DNA of 64,000 nt, taken from the NCBI GenBank assembly GCA_019704295.1, contig AP024596.1:672001-736000 (forward strand), read 5' to 3'. Below are positions 11,054 through 21,786 of the stretch, piece after piece; position 1 is the first letter of the stretch, and each line of letters opens with the position of its first letter. The position numbers and the translations under genes are program-made. The stretch comes from Sulfolobales archaeon HS-7 (GTDB taxonomy: Archaea > Thermoproteota > Thermoprotei_A > Sulfolobales > Sulfolobaceae). The notes beneath the pieces are model-generated. The model was given only the letters and a program-made list of their open reading frames with translations. It did no database searches and had not been told where the DNA came from.

Positions 11054-11160
11054 TCGAACTACCCTATCCTTACGGACAAGGCGTCTCGGCGACTACGCCG
11101 ATGAGATCATTAAAAGGTGGCTTGTAAGCTCGTATTGAAGTATAAGGGGCTGTTTATCTT
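11054..11160 (-). mobile_element. Internally deleted remnant of MITE family A
   Basis: GAACTACCCTATCCTTACGGACAAGGC resembles the right-end hairpin; AAGGGGCTG resembles the left-end motif. Confidence 0.45.
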
Positions 11161-11245
11161 CATTATTTCGGAAGCTTAATCTATATACAACAACCCTGTT
11201 ATAGATGAAGCTAGGAGACAAAGACCTAAACTTGTCCGTTTGTCC

Positions 11246-12477
11246 CTACACTTTCATTTCAATCATTTTATCTTCAATCATGATCGAGTGTAGGGACTTA
11301 GCCCTCAACCACCTACCCAGCCTCACGGTAGGTGGGTCATGGGACTCCTCCGAGCCCAACGGTACAGGCCTCACATGTCCAGCTTTCTTCAAGAGGTTAT
11401 ACAGAGCTACTACATCCCTGTGCCACAGTTCTCCCCCTTTCTCACATCTACCCACCCTTAGAGCAGGGCTCCCATTAGGTGGGTAGAGAGCATTATAGTC
11501 ACGTACTGAACAAATCAAAGAAGTATATGCTGGGTTGACCAAAATTACCGGAACACCGTACTCCCTAGCCTTCTCCACAACGGCATTCTTCATAGAAGAA
11601 AACGCTGAACGATAAATCCTCAACCTAAGTTGAGGATCCCTCATGTCCTTGACCATGTGCTCTGGGGTATTTATTGGTAAGTCTTCTAAGACTATTGTAC
11701 TCCTTCTTTCCAACGCTTCCGTAACGACTAGCTTAGCAAACTTCCTCCTAACGTCTACTTTCTTGTCCCCTCACTCAATTTCCTTAACTTCCTCCTCGTA
11801 TCCCTGTCCTTAGTAGACTTACCAGTAGTAATTTTCCTCCTCCTATACTCATAGCCTAGGGTAGTCTTCTTCGTCATAGTGTCTAAAAGTAGTGGTTTCC
11901 CGTTAACTAAGAGGGATAAGGAATCCTCGTTTAAGTCCCTTGGAATAAATCCTTGAGGAGCGTAAGGTTTTGGCTCGTCCTTCTTAAAAATGACGTAAAG
12001 TTCCACCACGTTACCCTTCAAGAGCTTAACCCTAGCCTCGTTGGCAACACTCCAACCGTTATTGTAGTACCTCCAGAATATTTTAGGGAAGAGTGGTGAT
12101 AGATAAACCCTACCACGTTTTGTAGCTATCGAGACTTTATCAAGGCTGAACTTCCATAAGTGGTCATCTAAGTGCACTGTAACCCTCCTTACCTCTGGTC
12201 TGTCAGTATAAGCCCTACCCCTCCTCTTCATTTTTTCAAAACTGTCCAACCTCTCGCTAGCGTCTTAACAAGCCCTGTAAATATAGTGTGATGGTAAGTT
12301 CTTGTGTTTCTCCCTCTCAGTCCTATAAACCCCAGCCTTTATCCTGGTAAAGGAGGTAGTTTTTCTTGTTAGCCCGTAGTTCAGTGGCTCCTCTAATATC
12401 TCCATGTACTCAATTTCCTTTAGTTTCTGATAGGTCTCGTAACCCACTTTAACCCTCAGCTTTACTGTCCTCTCCAC
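11246..12477 (-). pseudogene. tnpB: tnpB (Cas12f-related RNA-guided nuclease) pseudogene
   Basis: Split into ORFs 12265-12477, 11755-12249 and 11246-11713; RuvC residues in DLNE, IVLEDL and RDVVA, plus VNPAYTS; interrupted by frameshifts and stops. Confidence 0.9.
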
Positions 12478-13080
12478 TTAACTCACCCATTAGGTTTTTT
12501 ACACCTTGTGTAAACAGCGTCTTCTTGTAGCTTCTCATCCCATAGATCTTCCCTGCGAACGATGTTATGATCGAGATCCTCCACGAGTTCCTGTGTTGCG
12601 TCCTTAGGCTCTTCACCAAAAACCACCTCAATTCTGACTCCCATTGCTGAAAAGAACTCCTCTAAGTATTCGAACCCGAACCTAGTTAGCCTGTCCTCAT
12701 ATGTTACACGACGTCTATACTTCTACTCTCTACTAATCTGAACAGCTTCAGTAACCCTTTCCCCTGCATGTCTAACCCACTAGCGATGTCCTTCAGCACT
12801 TCAACTACTTTATAGCCCTTAGCTGTTGCGTAGTTTGTTAAGTGGTTTACTTGCCTTTCCAAATCCTCCTTTTGGTCAGCTGAAGAGACTTTAGCGTAAA
12901 TTACAGCCCTACTCTCCTCCCTCCTCTCCAAATATTTCTTTACCTCGCTGTAAGGTATCCTGTACTTCCCGCCCTCAGTCGTTACAGCCCTAATATTGCC
13001 TTCCCTAATCCACCGTAGGAGTGTTGAGTATGAAATACCTAGTAGTTGGCAAGCCTCCTTAGTCTTAATAGGATCTCCAC
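12449..13080 (-). pseudogene. tnpA: IS607 tnpA serine recombinase pseudogene
   Basis: GTG at 13080, frameshift after codon 6, MerR-like KEACQLLGISYSTLLRWIREG, YAKVSSADQKEDLERQ, IITSFAGKIYGMRS; several frameshifts. Confidence 0.9.
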
Positions 13081-13246
13081 AAATTTAGTTGATAATAAAT
13101 AAATATAAAAAGAGTTCTATTAACATAAAAAAGATTTCACCCCTTCTTCGTTCTTAACAATGTGTATAGGGTCATCCATTGATAAATTTACCACACACTT
13201 CGAACCCCTACTTTTATAACCTTTCCAGTCAAGCTCATATTCGTTA

Positions 13247-13301
13247 GAAGTGATGAGGGCTGGTATTTTTGAACTGTGAAATATGACTCCAGTTCTGATG
13301 A
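13247..13301 (+). ncRNA. Box C/D guide sRNA (probable 16S rRNA target) overlapping the trmI start
   Basis: C box GTGATGA 13250-13256, D box CTGA 13295-13298; guide GGGCTGGTATT is complementary to the 16S segment AATACCAGCCC recalled for crenarchaea. Confidence 0.75.
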
Positions 13302-14071
13302 ATGAAATAATAACTGAAGAAACTCTTGTAGTGGTATATTTAGATGAGAGGCGAAGATATATAGCTAAACCAAAAAAAGGGGAAAAATTTCACACAGATA
13401 AGGGAGTTATAAGTTGGGATGACATTATAGGCAAGGGATTCGGTTCGTCATTTTACACCAGTAAAGGAATTAAGTATTGGATATTTGCTCCGCTTCTTGA
13501 GGACATTTACTTAGGATTTAGCCGACCGTCGCAGGTCATATACCCTAAGGATGCGGCATACATTGTTTTCTATCTTGGAATTAGAGAAGGAGATAGGGTA
13601 TTAGAGGCTGGAACAGGTTCGGGATTCATGACGTCTATCTTAGCCTGGTTTGTGGGAAACTCAGGAAGAGTCTACACTTATGATGTTAGGGATGACATGA
13701 GCGAAAGGGCAAGGAAAAACATCGAAATGTTGGGATTTGGGGATAGAGTTCAATTTAACGTAGGTAACGTTGTTGATGCTAAACTGGATTTTCCAGTTAA
13801 CAAGATCTTTTTAGACCTGCCAGATCCGTGGAATGTAATACCGAGCGTAAATAACTTACTAATTCCATCTGGAACTATTGCAGTATTCGTCCCTACCACA
13901 AATCAGATAGAGAAAACCACCAATGCCTTATCTGAGGGTAATTTCGTCGACATTAGGGCGGTGGAACTTATCAATAGAGAGTATCAATTGAAAAGAAATG
14001 CAGTAAGACCTAAAAACATAGGTGTTCTGCACACGGGGTATATAATTACTGCCCGTAAAGCAAGTACTTAA
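13298..14071 (+). CDS. trmI: tRNA (adenine57/58-N1)-methyltransferase
   Basis: QVIYPKDA, VLEAGTGSG, FLDLPDPW, HTGY. Start placed at ATG 13298 because 13283 lies inside the C/D sRNA. Confidence 0.93.
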   Translation: MNEIITEETLVVVYLDERRRYIAKPKKGEKFHTDKGVISWDDIIGKGFGSSFYTSKGIKYWIFAPLLEDIYLGFSRPSQVIYPKDAAYIVFYLGIREGDRVLEAGTGSGFMTSILAWFVGNSGRVYTYDVRDDMSERARKNIEMLGFGDRVQFNVGNVVDAKLDFPVNKIFLDLPDPWNVIPSVNNLLIPSGTIAVFVPTTNQIEKTTNALSEGNFVDIRAVELINREYQLKRNAVRPKNIGVLHTGYIITARKAST

Positions 14072-14609
14072 CCAGTTGCGAAAAGGATCTTGCTCTATGT
14101 GAAATCCTATTCTTCTCTTCTAAATCCATCTCGGCAAAAGTTATTTTCTCTCCTTCTGGTATAAACACCGGATCGAAGCCGAAACCACCACTTCCCCGAA
14201 CCTCTTCGGATATCACCCCCGTTACAGCACCTACGAACAACTTTTCGTCGTTTTCATCTGCAAGACATATTACCGATTTGAATGAGGCCGTTCTATCTCT
14301 TTCGCCTTTCATTAACTTCAGAACGCCTCGAGTTCCTATTGTTTTATAAGCGTAACTAGTGTAGGGACCAGGAAAACCGCTTAGGGCATTAATGAAAAGT
14401 CCTGCATCCTCGAGAATAAAGGGCTTATTCATTGATGGGCGAAGTACGGAACACCCGAACCTCACTACGTCCTCCAATTCCTCAGCCTGTATTTCCGGTT
14501 TAGAGTAATTTATCCACCTTAGGGCTATTCCGTATGCCCTAGACAGGTGAATTATTTCCTCTGCTTTTCCCTTATTCGACGTTATGAGGCTTATTTCTCC
14601 TCTCCTCAA
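14046..14609 (-). CDS. rdgB: Non-canonical purine NTP (XTP/dITP) pyrophosphatase, HAM1 family
   Basis: TSNKGK, EDAGLFINALSGFPGPY, GFGFDPVF, KNRISHR. Confidence 0.95.
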   Translation of the reverse strand: MRRGEISLITSNKGKAEEIIHLSRAYGIALRWINYSKPEIQAEELEDVVRFGCSVLRPSMNKPFILEDAGLFINALSGFPGPYTSYAYKTIGTRGVLKLMKGERDRTASFKSVICLADENDEKLFVGAVTGVISEEVRGSGGFGFDPVFIPEGEKITFAEMDLEEKNRISHRARSFSQLVKYLLYGQ

Positions 14610-15213
14610 CGTATCTACCCCTAAGTCTTATTTCCTTAACTCTTGTAACTATATCCTCCGTTTCACTACCAGCTACTTCCTTATATCCTGAGAGAAAAAC
14701 ATCCTTTACGCTTTCAGAGATAGAGGGGAAAATACTCTCGATCGAGCGTAACATTGTGTGAATATCTGTCGCTATATCCTCAACATCATTCGAGAAACCG
14801 CTGAGACCGAAATCGATAATAAATGCACCCTCTTTTGACGCGATCACGTTATTTAATGTCAAGTCCCCGTGATATATATTGCCCCTGTGCATAAGTGCAC
14901 TCATTCTACCTGCATCACGGACGTAATCTAACAGAAGAGACGGGGTCAACTTGCTTAATGGCAGCCCCTCAACGTACTCCATAATCAGTGTGTATTCCCT
15001 TAAGTTAACGTAATATAGTGCGGGAGTTCTAACTCCCTCTCTTATAGAGGAAAACATAACCTTAGCTTCCTTAAGTGTCCTCTCCAGATTTATTCTCCTA
15101 TCTATTAAAGGATTTCTATAACGTTTGGAAATCCTTCTCTTATATACTGCTTTTACTCCCAGGAATTCCCCCAGGTATATTTCAGCTTCTGCTCCCTTAG
15201 CTATTAACTCCAA
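14572..15213 (-). CDS. bud32: KEOPS kinase/ATPase Bud32
   Basis: [20 protein letters not shown]-terminal RGRY. Confidence 0.95.
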   Translation of the reverse strand: MELIAKGAEAEIYLGEFLGVKAVYKRRISKRYRNPLIDRRINLERTLKEAKVMFSSIREGVRTPALYYVNLREYTLIMEYVEGLPLSKLTPSLLLDYVRDAGRMSALMHRGNIYHGDLTLNNVIASKEGAFIIDFGLSGFSNDVEDIATDIHTMLRSIESIFPSISESVKDVFLSGYKEVAGSETEDIVTRVKEIRLRGRYVEERRNKPHNVE

Positions 15214-16196
15214 GGTATATCAACTTCCTCGATTCTCCATCTTGGTCTGACGTAAGACTCCTCTATGTTAATCCTTACTCCGTGTTTGAGCAATAATAGC
15301 CCGGCATAGGCTATCATGGCCCCGTTATCTCCCGCGAACTCCGGGGACACGATTTTTAGTATAACGTCTCTTTCCTCTGATAACACGTCTAATTTCTCCT
15401 TCAGACTTTGACTCGCTGCTACACCACCCACAACCAGAATTTCCCTTTTCCCAGTGAGCGATAGCGCTCTTTCGGAAGCTTCTATCAACATATCGAATGC
15501 AATTTCCCGTAAGCTAAAGCATACGTCGTTAAGGTTATGGTTTTTAGTTGCTCTCAACGCGGCGGTCAGTAGTCCGGAGAAAGACATATCTTGTCCCTTT
15601 ACTACGTAAGGTAACTCAACTAATTCTGAACCCTTCTCAGCACAAACGTCGATCATGTGTTTACCAGCTTTCACGTAAGGCGGAGCTAGGCCGACTTCTC
15701 TAACAAAAACATCAATCATATTACCCAACGCTATGTCTAGAGTTTCGCCTAAAATCCTGTACCTCCTCTCTCTCAAGACGGTTATGATTGTGTTACCGCC
15801 AGAGAGGTAGAGAATTAGCGGATCGTTACTCTCCGTCGTAAGCCTGCCTATTTCTATGTGACCTATTCCGTGATTGACTGGGATCAGGGGTTTCCTATAT
15901 TTCAAGGCTAATGCTCTAGCCACTGTAGCACCTACACGAAGTACCGGTCCAAGTCCGGGACCTAGGGAAATGGCGATCCCATCTACACTGCTGATGGTAA
16001 CTCCAGCCTTACTTAGAGCGTCTACTACTATATCAGGGGCGACTTCGGAATGGTGACGTGCTACTTCTCCGGGTTTCATTCCGCCTTCTTTGGGAACAAA
16101 AGTATCTTTTACATTAGATAATATATACGGCTCCTCATCGCACGCGATACCCACGCCGAACGTATGAGCAGTAGATTCTATTCCTAATACCTTCAT
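15204..16196 (-). CDS. kae1: KEOPS t6A threonylcarbamoyltransferase Kae1
   Basis: [32 protein letters not shown]. Confidence 0.97.
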   Translation of the reverse strand: MKVLGIESTAHTFGVGIACDEEPYILSNVKDTFVPKEGGMKPGEVARHHSEVAPDIVVDALSKAGVTISSVDGIAISLGPGLGPVLRVGATVARALALKYRKPLIPVNHGIGHIEIGRLTTESNDPLILYLSGGNTIITVLRERRYRILGETLDIALGNMIDVFVREVGLAPPYVKAGKHMIDVCAEKGSELVELPYVVKGQDMSFSGLLTAALRATKNHNLNDVCFSLREIAFDMLIEASERALSLTGKREILVVGGVAASQSLKEKLDVLSEERDVILKIVSPEFAGDNGAMIAYAGLLLLKHGVRINIEESYVRPRWRIEEVDIPWS

Positions 16197-16375
16197 TACC
16201 TGCCCTTCTTTCCGATGAACTCAGTGTAATAGCACTTCCCGCAAGTCCACCTCTCAACGGGCTTCATGTGATGAGCCATAACGCTCCCACACCTCGGACA
16301 TTTCTTATTCTTAAGCTTAACACCTTTTGAAGAAATCTCATAATATGATACTATCGTGGTTTTACCCTTACTCAT
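16196..16375 (-). CDS. rps27ae: 30S ribosomal protein S27ae
   Basis: Below ORF-track cutoff; translated by hand [59 protein letters not shown]. Confidence 0.95.
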   Translation of the reverse strand: MSKGKTTIVSYYEISSKGVKLKNKKCPRCGSVMAHHMKPVERWTCGKCYYTEFIGKKGR

Positions 16376-16700
16376 TACTCTTCTCCTCCTTAATTCCTCT
16401 CTTTACTATATATTCGCTTTCAAAATGTTCTACGCTTTTTGGGTTATCGTAAATCATAGCTACCGCAAATGACGTAGCACTTCCGTAGCTTGTATCTATC
16501 CTCCTGATCACTATCTGACTTTCGTCCTTAGCCGAAAAGTACTCCTTTATAGACTTCCTAATCTCCTCTCTAGAGGGGGTTCCTGCACCCATATGATAAA
16601 GTTTTAGAACAACCTCCCTTCTTCCAGCCACAGTGTTGGACTTTAAACTGTCTATTACTCCTTCTACCTTTTCTGAGACCTTTATTGTTTGTCGTGACAT
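16368..16700 (-). CDS. rps24e: 30S ribosomal protein S24e
   Basis: GRREV, TPSREEI, IDTSYG; upstream of rps27ae and kae1. Confidence 0.93.
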   Translation of the reverse strand: MSRQTIKVSEKVEGVIDSLKSNTVAGRREVVLKLYHMGAGTPSREEIRKSIKEYFSAKDESQIVIRRIDTSYGSATSFAVAMIYDNPKSVEHFESEYIVKRGIKEEKSNE

Positions 16701-16812
16701 CGATAATCACTTGTTGTACAGAAAATAAGATTTTCCCATGAAATTTCTAAGCTAGCAACTGCAAAATTTTACTGAATCTTATATCTAACTTCCCTTCTCA
16801 TTTTCCATAATA

Positions 16813-17127
16813 TTATTCTTCATTGTCACTGACATGCACAGTATCTCCGATTACTTCAACTTTGTAGGTTTTAATATCCTTTTTTGAGGCTCCCTTTTTG
16901 ACCTTCCCGTCAAAAACCGAGAAATGGGAAAAGTGACACTGGCATACAAGTTCCTCTCGTATTATAACACCAACTTTTAATATATCACAACCTAAATGGG
17001 GACAATACGCATCAAACGCAAAAAACCTATCTCCTCCCATGTAAAACACTACCACGTCTTTCTCTCCAACCTTCACTTTTCTTTTTTCTCCAGTTCTAAA
17101 ATCAGACAGTTTAAATTGAACAGACAC
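16813..17127 (-). CDS. Rieske [2Fe-2S] ferredoxin
   Basis: CPHLGC and CQCHFSHF motifs. Confidence 0.9.
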   Translation of the reverse strand: MSVQFKLSDFRTGEKRKVKVGEKDVVVFYMGGDRFFAFDAYCPHLGCDILKVGVIIREELVCQCHFSHFSVFDGKVKKGASKKDIKTYKVEVIGDTVHVSDNEE

Positions 17128-17234
17128 GTTTTGTTAATAGTTCGACGTTTTTAACTTTATCCTCAAAGTGTAATGATTAGATGAGATAACTGTCGCACTT
17201 ACCATATACGACCCCTTGCAAACGTTATTATCTT

Positions 17235-18200
17235 TCATTTGTAGAGTTCTGTTTCTCTAATGCTTTCCTGATTTAGTGGCTTAAACTTTTTATCATATTG
17301 ATTTTTCAAAAAACTTAACGTCTCTTCATCAAGCTTCCCTTTTTCTATTTCTGTGACGAATCTACGAATATCCGATATACTGGATATATTGGGTATAACT
17401 GAGGTTACAGCTAGGTTAGTTATCACAAAGCGTAATGCAACCTCAGATAGACTCATCCCTCTAACCGATAAGAAATCCTTTAATTCCTTCACAGCCTCTG
17501 ATGCACGAATTAACCATTCCAAGTTCTTATACCTTCTATGGAGAGTATGATTTTCTTCTATGGGCCATTTAGTCTCGTCTAAAACATCAGACGCATGCGG
17601 AACTCTGATAAAGTGAGCAACGTTAAGCTTAAGGAGGTCTTCCCCTGGCTTTCTTTCAATCACGTTGTAAATGTGTTCAAGAGCTAAATATCCGCGTTTG
17701 GATGACTCTATCCCCTCCTCTAACCAACCTATTGTAGGTCCTAAGGCTACTCCGATGGATTCAGCATACCCGTCCTCAACTGTGCTTTTCATGAACTCGT
17801 AAATATCTCCGTTAGTTATGTCGTCCATTATCGGATTATGGAGCATGAGGATATCTACGTAATCCGTATTTAACCTTCGCAAGGCATCCTTTAACCTTTT
17901 GTCTAATACCTCGGGGCTTAACCTATCTTTCCTTACATTGTGCGGAACAAAGCCTATTTTTTCAATTATTACTACCCTATCCCTTTTCGTTGAAATTGCC
18001 TTTCCTAAAACCTTATCTCCAATACCATTGCCGTATACGTCAGCGGTGTCAAAGAGATTGACATCGTATTCTAAACTATTTCTTATTATTTCCTCAGCCC
18101 TTTCAGGACTCCCGCCCCATTCTGGTGAGATAACTGACCACGTTCCAATCCCCAATACTGATGTCTCCTTTTTGGTATGTGGTATTTTCCTGTATTCCAT
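17235..18200 (-). CDS. Aldo/keto reductase
   Basis: LGIGTW, FDTADVYGNG, LRRLNTDYVDILMLH. Confidence 0.92.
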   Translation of the reverse strand: MEYRKIPHTKKETSVLGIGTWSVISPEWGGSPERAEEIIRNSLEYDVNLFDTADVYGNGIGDKVLGKAISTKRDRVVIIEKIGFVPHNVRKDRLSPEVLDKRLKDALRRLNTDYVDILMLHNPIMDDITNGDIYEFMKSTVEDGYAESIGVALGPTIGWLEEGIESSKRGYLALEHIYNVIERKPGEDLLKLNVAHFIRVPHASDVLDETKWPIEENHTLHRRYKNLEWLIRASEAVKELKDFLSVRGMSLSEVALRFVITNLAVTSVIPNISSISDIRRFVTEIEKGKLDEETLSFLKNQYDKKFKPLNQESIRETELYK

Positions 18201-18321
18201 TTGGGAGAACTAAGACATGAAAATAATTAAATTATGAACTCGCTTCACATTAACAGCGCCTTTCACCGTTATCAAGGAAAAGCGATAACTTTTATTGGGT
18301 CTTTCTTGTTAACTTATTATC

Positions 18322-18654
18322 ATGACGGAGAATAGCCTAAAGGAGACTGCTGAGGCGATTATCGAGTTTGAAAAAGGTGTGAATAAGATATTGTCCTCTT
18401 TGCCGGATGACAGCAAGTCTATTATAGAGAAGGCCCTCCAAGGGAATAAATTATTCCAGGATGAATTAAACAAATTATTAAGCAATATAGAGGAGATCGT
18501 AAAACGTGAGGAACAACGTGAAATAGAGCAGATAAGGAAACAATATGATACTGAAAAGGGAAAACAACTACAAGAGTTAAAAACCAAAGCTGAAAAGAAC
18601 TTTAAGGAAGCGTTAAATTACGTAGTGGAGCTGATAGAAGAGGTATATAAATGA
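18322..18654 (+). CDS. Coiled-coil protein, possibly an A/V-ATPase peripheral-stalk (H/G-like) subunit
   Basis: Highly charged helical 110 aa, overlapping the start of the subunit C-like gene. Confidence 0.55.
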   Translation: MTENSLKETAEAIIEFEKGVNKILSSLPDDSKSIIEKALQGNKLFQDELNKLLSNIEEIVKREEQREIEQIRKQYDTEKGKQLQELKTKAEKNFKEALNYVVELIEEVYK

Positions 18655-19637
18655 GTTCGCAATATATATATCTCCACTCAATTGCTCGTGTTATTAAAAC
18701 TTTTACAATATCAAGTAAGGTTATTGACGAATTACTGGCAGTAACCTCATTTAGGGAAATGCTAGCTATACTGAGAAGGGAGGGTGTAATCAGCGACGAG
18801 AACGTTTCGCCCAACGAACTTGAAACGAGTATTAAAAAAAGGACGGTTGATCTAATCAGAAAACTCCTTAAGTTCTCTCTCTCCTCTAAAGACTCATACG
18901 CAATAATGGAGGCATATTACTATGAGAGTATCGTAAAGGAATTCGAAAGCGTAGTAAATTCGGTTTTATCGGGTGAGAGTGTAGATAAGAAACACTTGGT
19001 ATCTGAAGATCCCTCGCTTCTTAGCATAACTGATTCCCAGCCGAAAAGTTTCGACGAATTAATCGCATTAACAAGGGGTACATATTTGGAAAAACCCACC
19101 ACCTTTGCTCTAGAACACAGTAATAGAAGCGTAGGAGAAATCGACGCTTTACTAGAATATTATAGTGTTTATGCCGTGAGTAAACTCATAAATGGAATGA
19201 AGGGAGACTGGAAGGTCCCCGCTTCTAATGTAACGTGTACGAAAAGGGATTACTTTTCACTACTTTTACAGAGCAGGGTAAGAAACGCTATAGAGGTGAT
19301 TGAACCATGCAAACTAAGCAAGGAGGCAATAAGGGATGCGTCAACTGGTAGCAACAACGATATTGTTGAAGTTCTCCGAAGAAGTGTTTACGCGAGGGAA
19401 CTGGATCTATCAAGTTATGCGACGGCGATAAGTGATTTTGAAAGACTCTATAAAATAAGCACAAGGAGATCCGCATACGACGTATTTTTAGGTATGAACT
19501 TCTCTCCGGCATTACTTATCGCAATTTCGGAAATATTACTAATGGATATGAGGGATCTAATCGCGATAAGCAACGCAATTAATCTAAACGTATCAAAAGA
19601 TAAAGTTAAAAAAATGATATCGATTGATTTAATCTAG
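18651..19637 (+). CDS. A/V-type ATP synthase subunit C (V0D/AC39-like)
   Basis: Length, all-helical pattern and C-terminal [25 protein letters not shown] resemble subunit C. Confidence 0.65.
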   Translation: MSSQYIYLHSIARVIKTFTISSKVIDELLAVTSFREMLAILRREGVISDENVSPNELETSIKKRTVDLIRKLLKFSLSSKDSYAIMEAYYYESIVKEFESVVNSVLSGESVDKKHLVSEDPSLLSITDSQPKSFDELIALTRGTYLEKPTTFALEHSNRSVGEIDALLEYYSVYAVSKLINGMKGDWKVPASNVTCTKRDYFSLLLQSRVRNAIEVIEPCKLSKEAIRDASTGSNNDIVEVLRRSVYARELDLSSYATAISDFERLYKISTRRSAYDVFLGMNFSPALLIAISEILLMDMRDLIAISNAINLNVSKDKVKKMISIDLI

Positions 19638-19789
19638 GAGGACTCGATTTTCCCCCATAGTTCCTTCCTTATTATGTCGCCTAGTGCCGCCCTGATTACC
19701 TCACTTCTGGAGGAAAACTTTCCTGTTGTGACCAGTTCGTCTAATGCCTCTATATACTTTTCGGGAACTTTTACCGTTAATATTCGCAT
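19634..19789 (-). CDS. Small ribbon-helix-helix (CopG/CdrS-like) transcription factor
   Basis: Not in track; [51 protein letters not shown] (51 aa), RHH signature SRSEVIR. Confidence 0.9.
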   Translation of the reverse strand: MRILTVKVPEKYIEALDELVTTGKFSSRSEVIRAALGDIIRKELWGKIESS

Positions 19790-19824
19790 TCTTATCGATT
19801 GGTTAACTTGAATGCCTCAGTCTT

Positions 19825-20568
19825 TTAAGTATTAGTCCCCGGGGTTTTAGCCTGATTCCATAAATACTCAAAGTATACTGATGCTATCTCTACGAAATAC
19901 TGATGGTTAGATAACAAGCCGATTTGAGTTTCACCGCTTTTAACTATAAGCAATACTCCCTGATTTGTTATTACTCCACTTCCGAACATGGAAGAGAGAT
20001 TTCTGTAATCAGCACCCTTAATCTCCAGTCCGTCACAAGCAAGTACTCTTACGTCGGCCTTGAATATCAGGCTCTCGATTATACTTCTTAGCTCCTTTGA
20101 TAACAGCTCTCTATTGGATATCGCTATCATTACCTTTCCCTTAGCCTCACTCAATAGCCTTATCATTTCAGTCTTGACTTGTTCTCCTGAGATCACGAAC
20201 ACCGAATAAAATGGGGATGGAGTAGCAAGTACTGCAGACAGGGGCTCAATAAATTGCTTCTCAAGAAGTTCCATTCTCTCTTCTATATTTTTCTTTATCT
20301 TTATCCAAACATCCCTCAAAGGGTAGGCCTCATATTTTACGGGTTTTCCATGTATTTTATGGATCCATCCCCGACTTTCCAATTTAGTTAGTATAGGATA
20401 GACCTTAGTATAAGAGATACCTAATTTGGAGGCTATTTCCCTAGCTGTCAGTGTGCCGTATAATAGAAGTGTAGAGTAAGTTTTCAGTTCAGATTTAGAT
20501 ATTCCGAATGGAGTAGCCATTTTAGAGACTTTATCGATAATATCGTCGATTGCTGATGACTTCATCAT
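19825..20568 (-). CDS. TrmB-family transcriptional regulator
   Basis: FGISKSELKTYSTLL…TAREIA…KVYPILTKLESRGW wHTH plus C-terminal domain ending FEYLW. Confidence 0.88.
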   Translation of the reverse strand: MMKSSAIDDIIDKVSKMATPFGISKSELKTYSTLLLYGTLTAREIASKLGISYTKVYPILTKLESRGWIHKIHGKPVKYEAYPLRDVWIKIKKNIEERMELLEKQFIEPLSAVLATPSPFYSVFVISGEQVKTEMIRLLSEAKGKVMIAISNRELLSKELRSIIESLIFKADVRVLACDGLEIKGADYRNLSSMFGSGVITNQGVLLIVKSGETQIGLLSNHQYFVEIASVYFEYLWNQAKTPGTNT

Positions 20569-20614
20569 AGATATATATTAAACCTTTGATACCTTAATAT
20601 ATTACAGAGCATTT

Positions 20615-20941
20615 ATGGGAGGTACTTCAAAGAAACCTATATCCAATATGGAGAAGAGAATGAGAAAGTTACAAGAAGAGTCTGCAAAAAAGGAGAAAAA
20701 AACGGGTCAATCTAAGAACGTAAAGGAAAATCCAAACAAAACAGTTCAAGTAGACGAAGGAGTAATAGAAAGAGTTAAAGGTGAGATATCGAAAGAGTCC
20801 TATATAACCCCTTATGCCCTCGCTAACAGATTAGGGATATCAATTAGCGCCTCCAAACATCTCTTAAATGATTTATATAAAAGGGGAGAGATAAAACTAG
20901 TTTCCAAAACTAGAAGAGTCGCACTTTATTCAAATAATTAA
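20615..20941 (+). CDS. rps25e: 30S ribosomal protein S25e
   Basis: MGGTSKKPISNMEKR, ITPYALANRLGISIS. Confidence 0.93.
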   Translation: MGGTSKKPISNMEKRMRKLQEESAKKEKKTGQSKNVKENPNKTVQVDEGVIERVKGEISKESYITPYALANRLGISISASKHLLNDLYKRGEIKLVSKTRRVALYSNN

Positions 20942-21786
20942 TTTCCCTTAGAAGTCATCCTATTTTTCTTTAGTGATTTATAGAGGCCAGTTATTACGCT
21001 CTCTAGTGTAGGATATTTAGCTATTTCCTTAGCTCTAAATAGTACGGAAGAGTCGATTGACAGTAGCGTGTCGTCGTCTGCAGCCTCCCTTATAAGATCT
21101 CCCTCAGAACTAATTATGAAACTAGGTGCCCTTAGTCTTTCGTCACCGTTGTCATCCTCTAGTACCCCACCCGCTATAAGCATCGGTATGCCGTTCTCTA
21201 TTGCTCTCGTTATTGCAACGTGTTTGATATGATCTGGTTTTGACTCTACAGTTCGTGCAGAGCCCAGAATTGCACTACATCCGCTTATAGTTAATATTCT
21301 CGATATTTCAGGCATGAATATGTCGTCTTCTGCTATAATACCGTATTTTTTGTCAAGAGTAAAGGTGACTGGTTCTTTGCCCGCAGAAAGTCCCAACTGC
21401 ATTTCCCTTTCTGAAGGGGCTAACTTCCTATATTTCCCTAATATTTCCCCCTGAGGTGAAATAAACACAGATGTGAGAAAAATCTTTGGTCCTGCCTGTT
21501 CCAGAATCGGACCTGCCAACACATAAAGTTCGCCTTCAATCGCTAAGTTAATGAGAGAGTCCGTGGAATTACCTCTAATCTTCTCCGATAGATTCTTTAC
21601 CAAACTTCTGGCCCTTCTCTCATTATCGTAAAGCGAGATAACGTTACCTACCGGAAACATGGAGGGAAGTATAATGAGCTTTGCGCCTTTTTCCCGCGCG
21701 TTCTTTAGAAGTCTCTTAGCTTTTTCTATGTTGTGTCTCCTACCCATGCTCTTCATCCGCATGAAAGTTACGGCGATTAACAACAC
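20938..21786 (-). CDS. Carbon-nitrogen hydrolase (nitrilase-fold) protein with degenerate catalytic triad
   Basis: AREKGAKLIILPS, GKYRKL, RAIENG motifs; catalytic Glu and Cys positions not conserved. Confidence 0.8.
   Translation of the reverse strand: MLLIAVTFMRMKSMGRRHNIEKAKRLLKNAREKGAKLIILPSMFPVGNVISLYDNERRARSLVKNLSEKIRGNSTDSLINLAIEGELYVLAGPILEQAGPKIFLTSVFISPQGEILGKYRKLAPSEREMQLGLSAGKEPVTFTLDKKYGIIAEDDIFMPEISRILTISGCSAILGSARTVESKPDHIKHVAITRAIENGIPMLIAGGVLEDDNGDERLRAPSFIISSEGDLIREAADDDTLLSIDSSVLFRAKEIAKYPTLESVITGLYKSLKKNRMTSKGN

Larger units (their letters stand above)
11236..13125 (-). mobile_element. Decayed IS607-family element (ISC1904-like; serine-recombinase TnpA plus TnpB)
   Basis: Tandem tnpA and tnpB remnants; after the tnpB stop the sequence ends …GGACAAACGG. 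Boundaries approximate. Confidence 0.9.
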
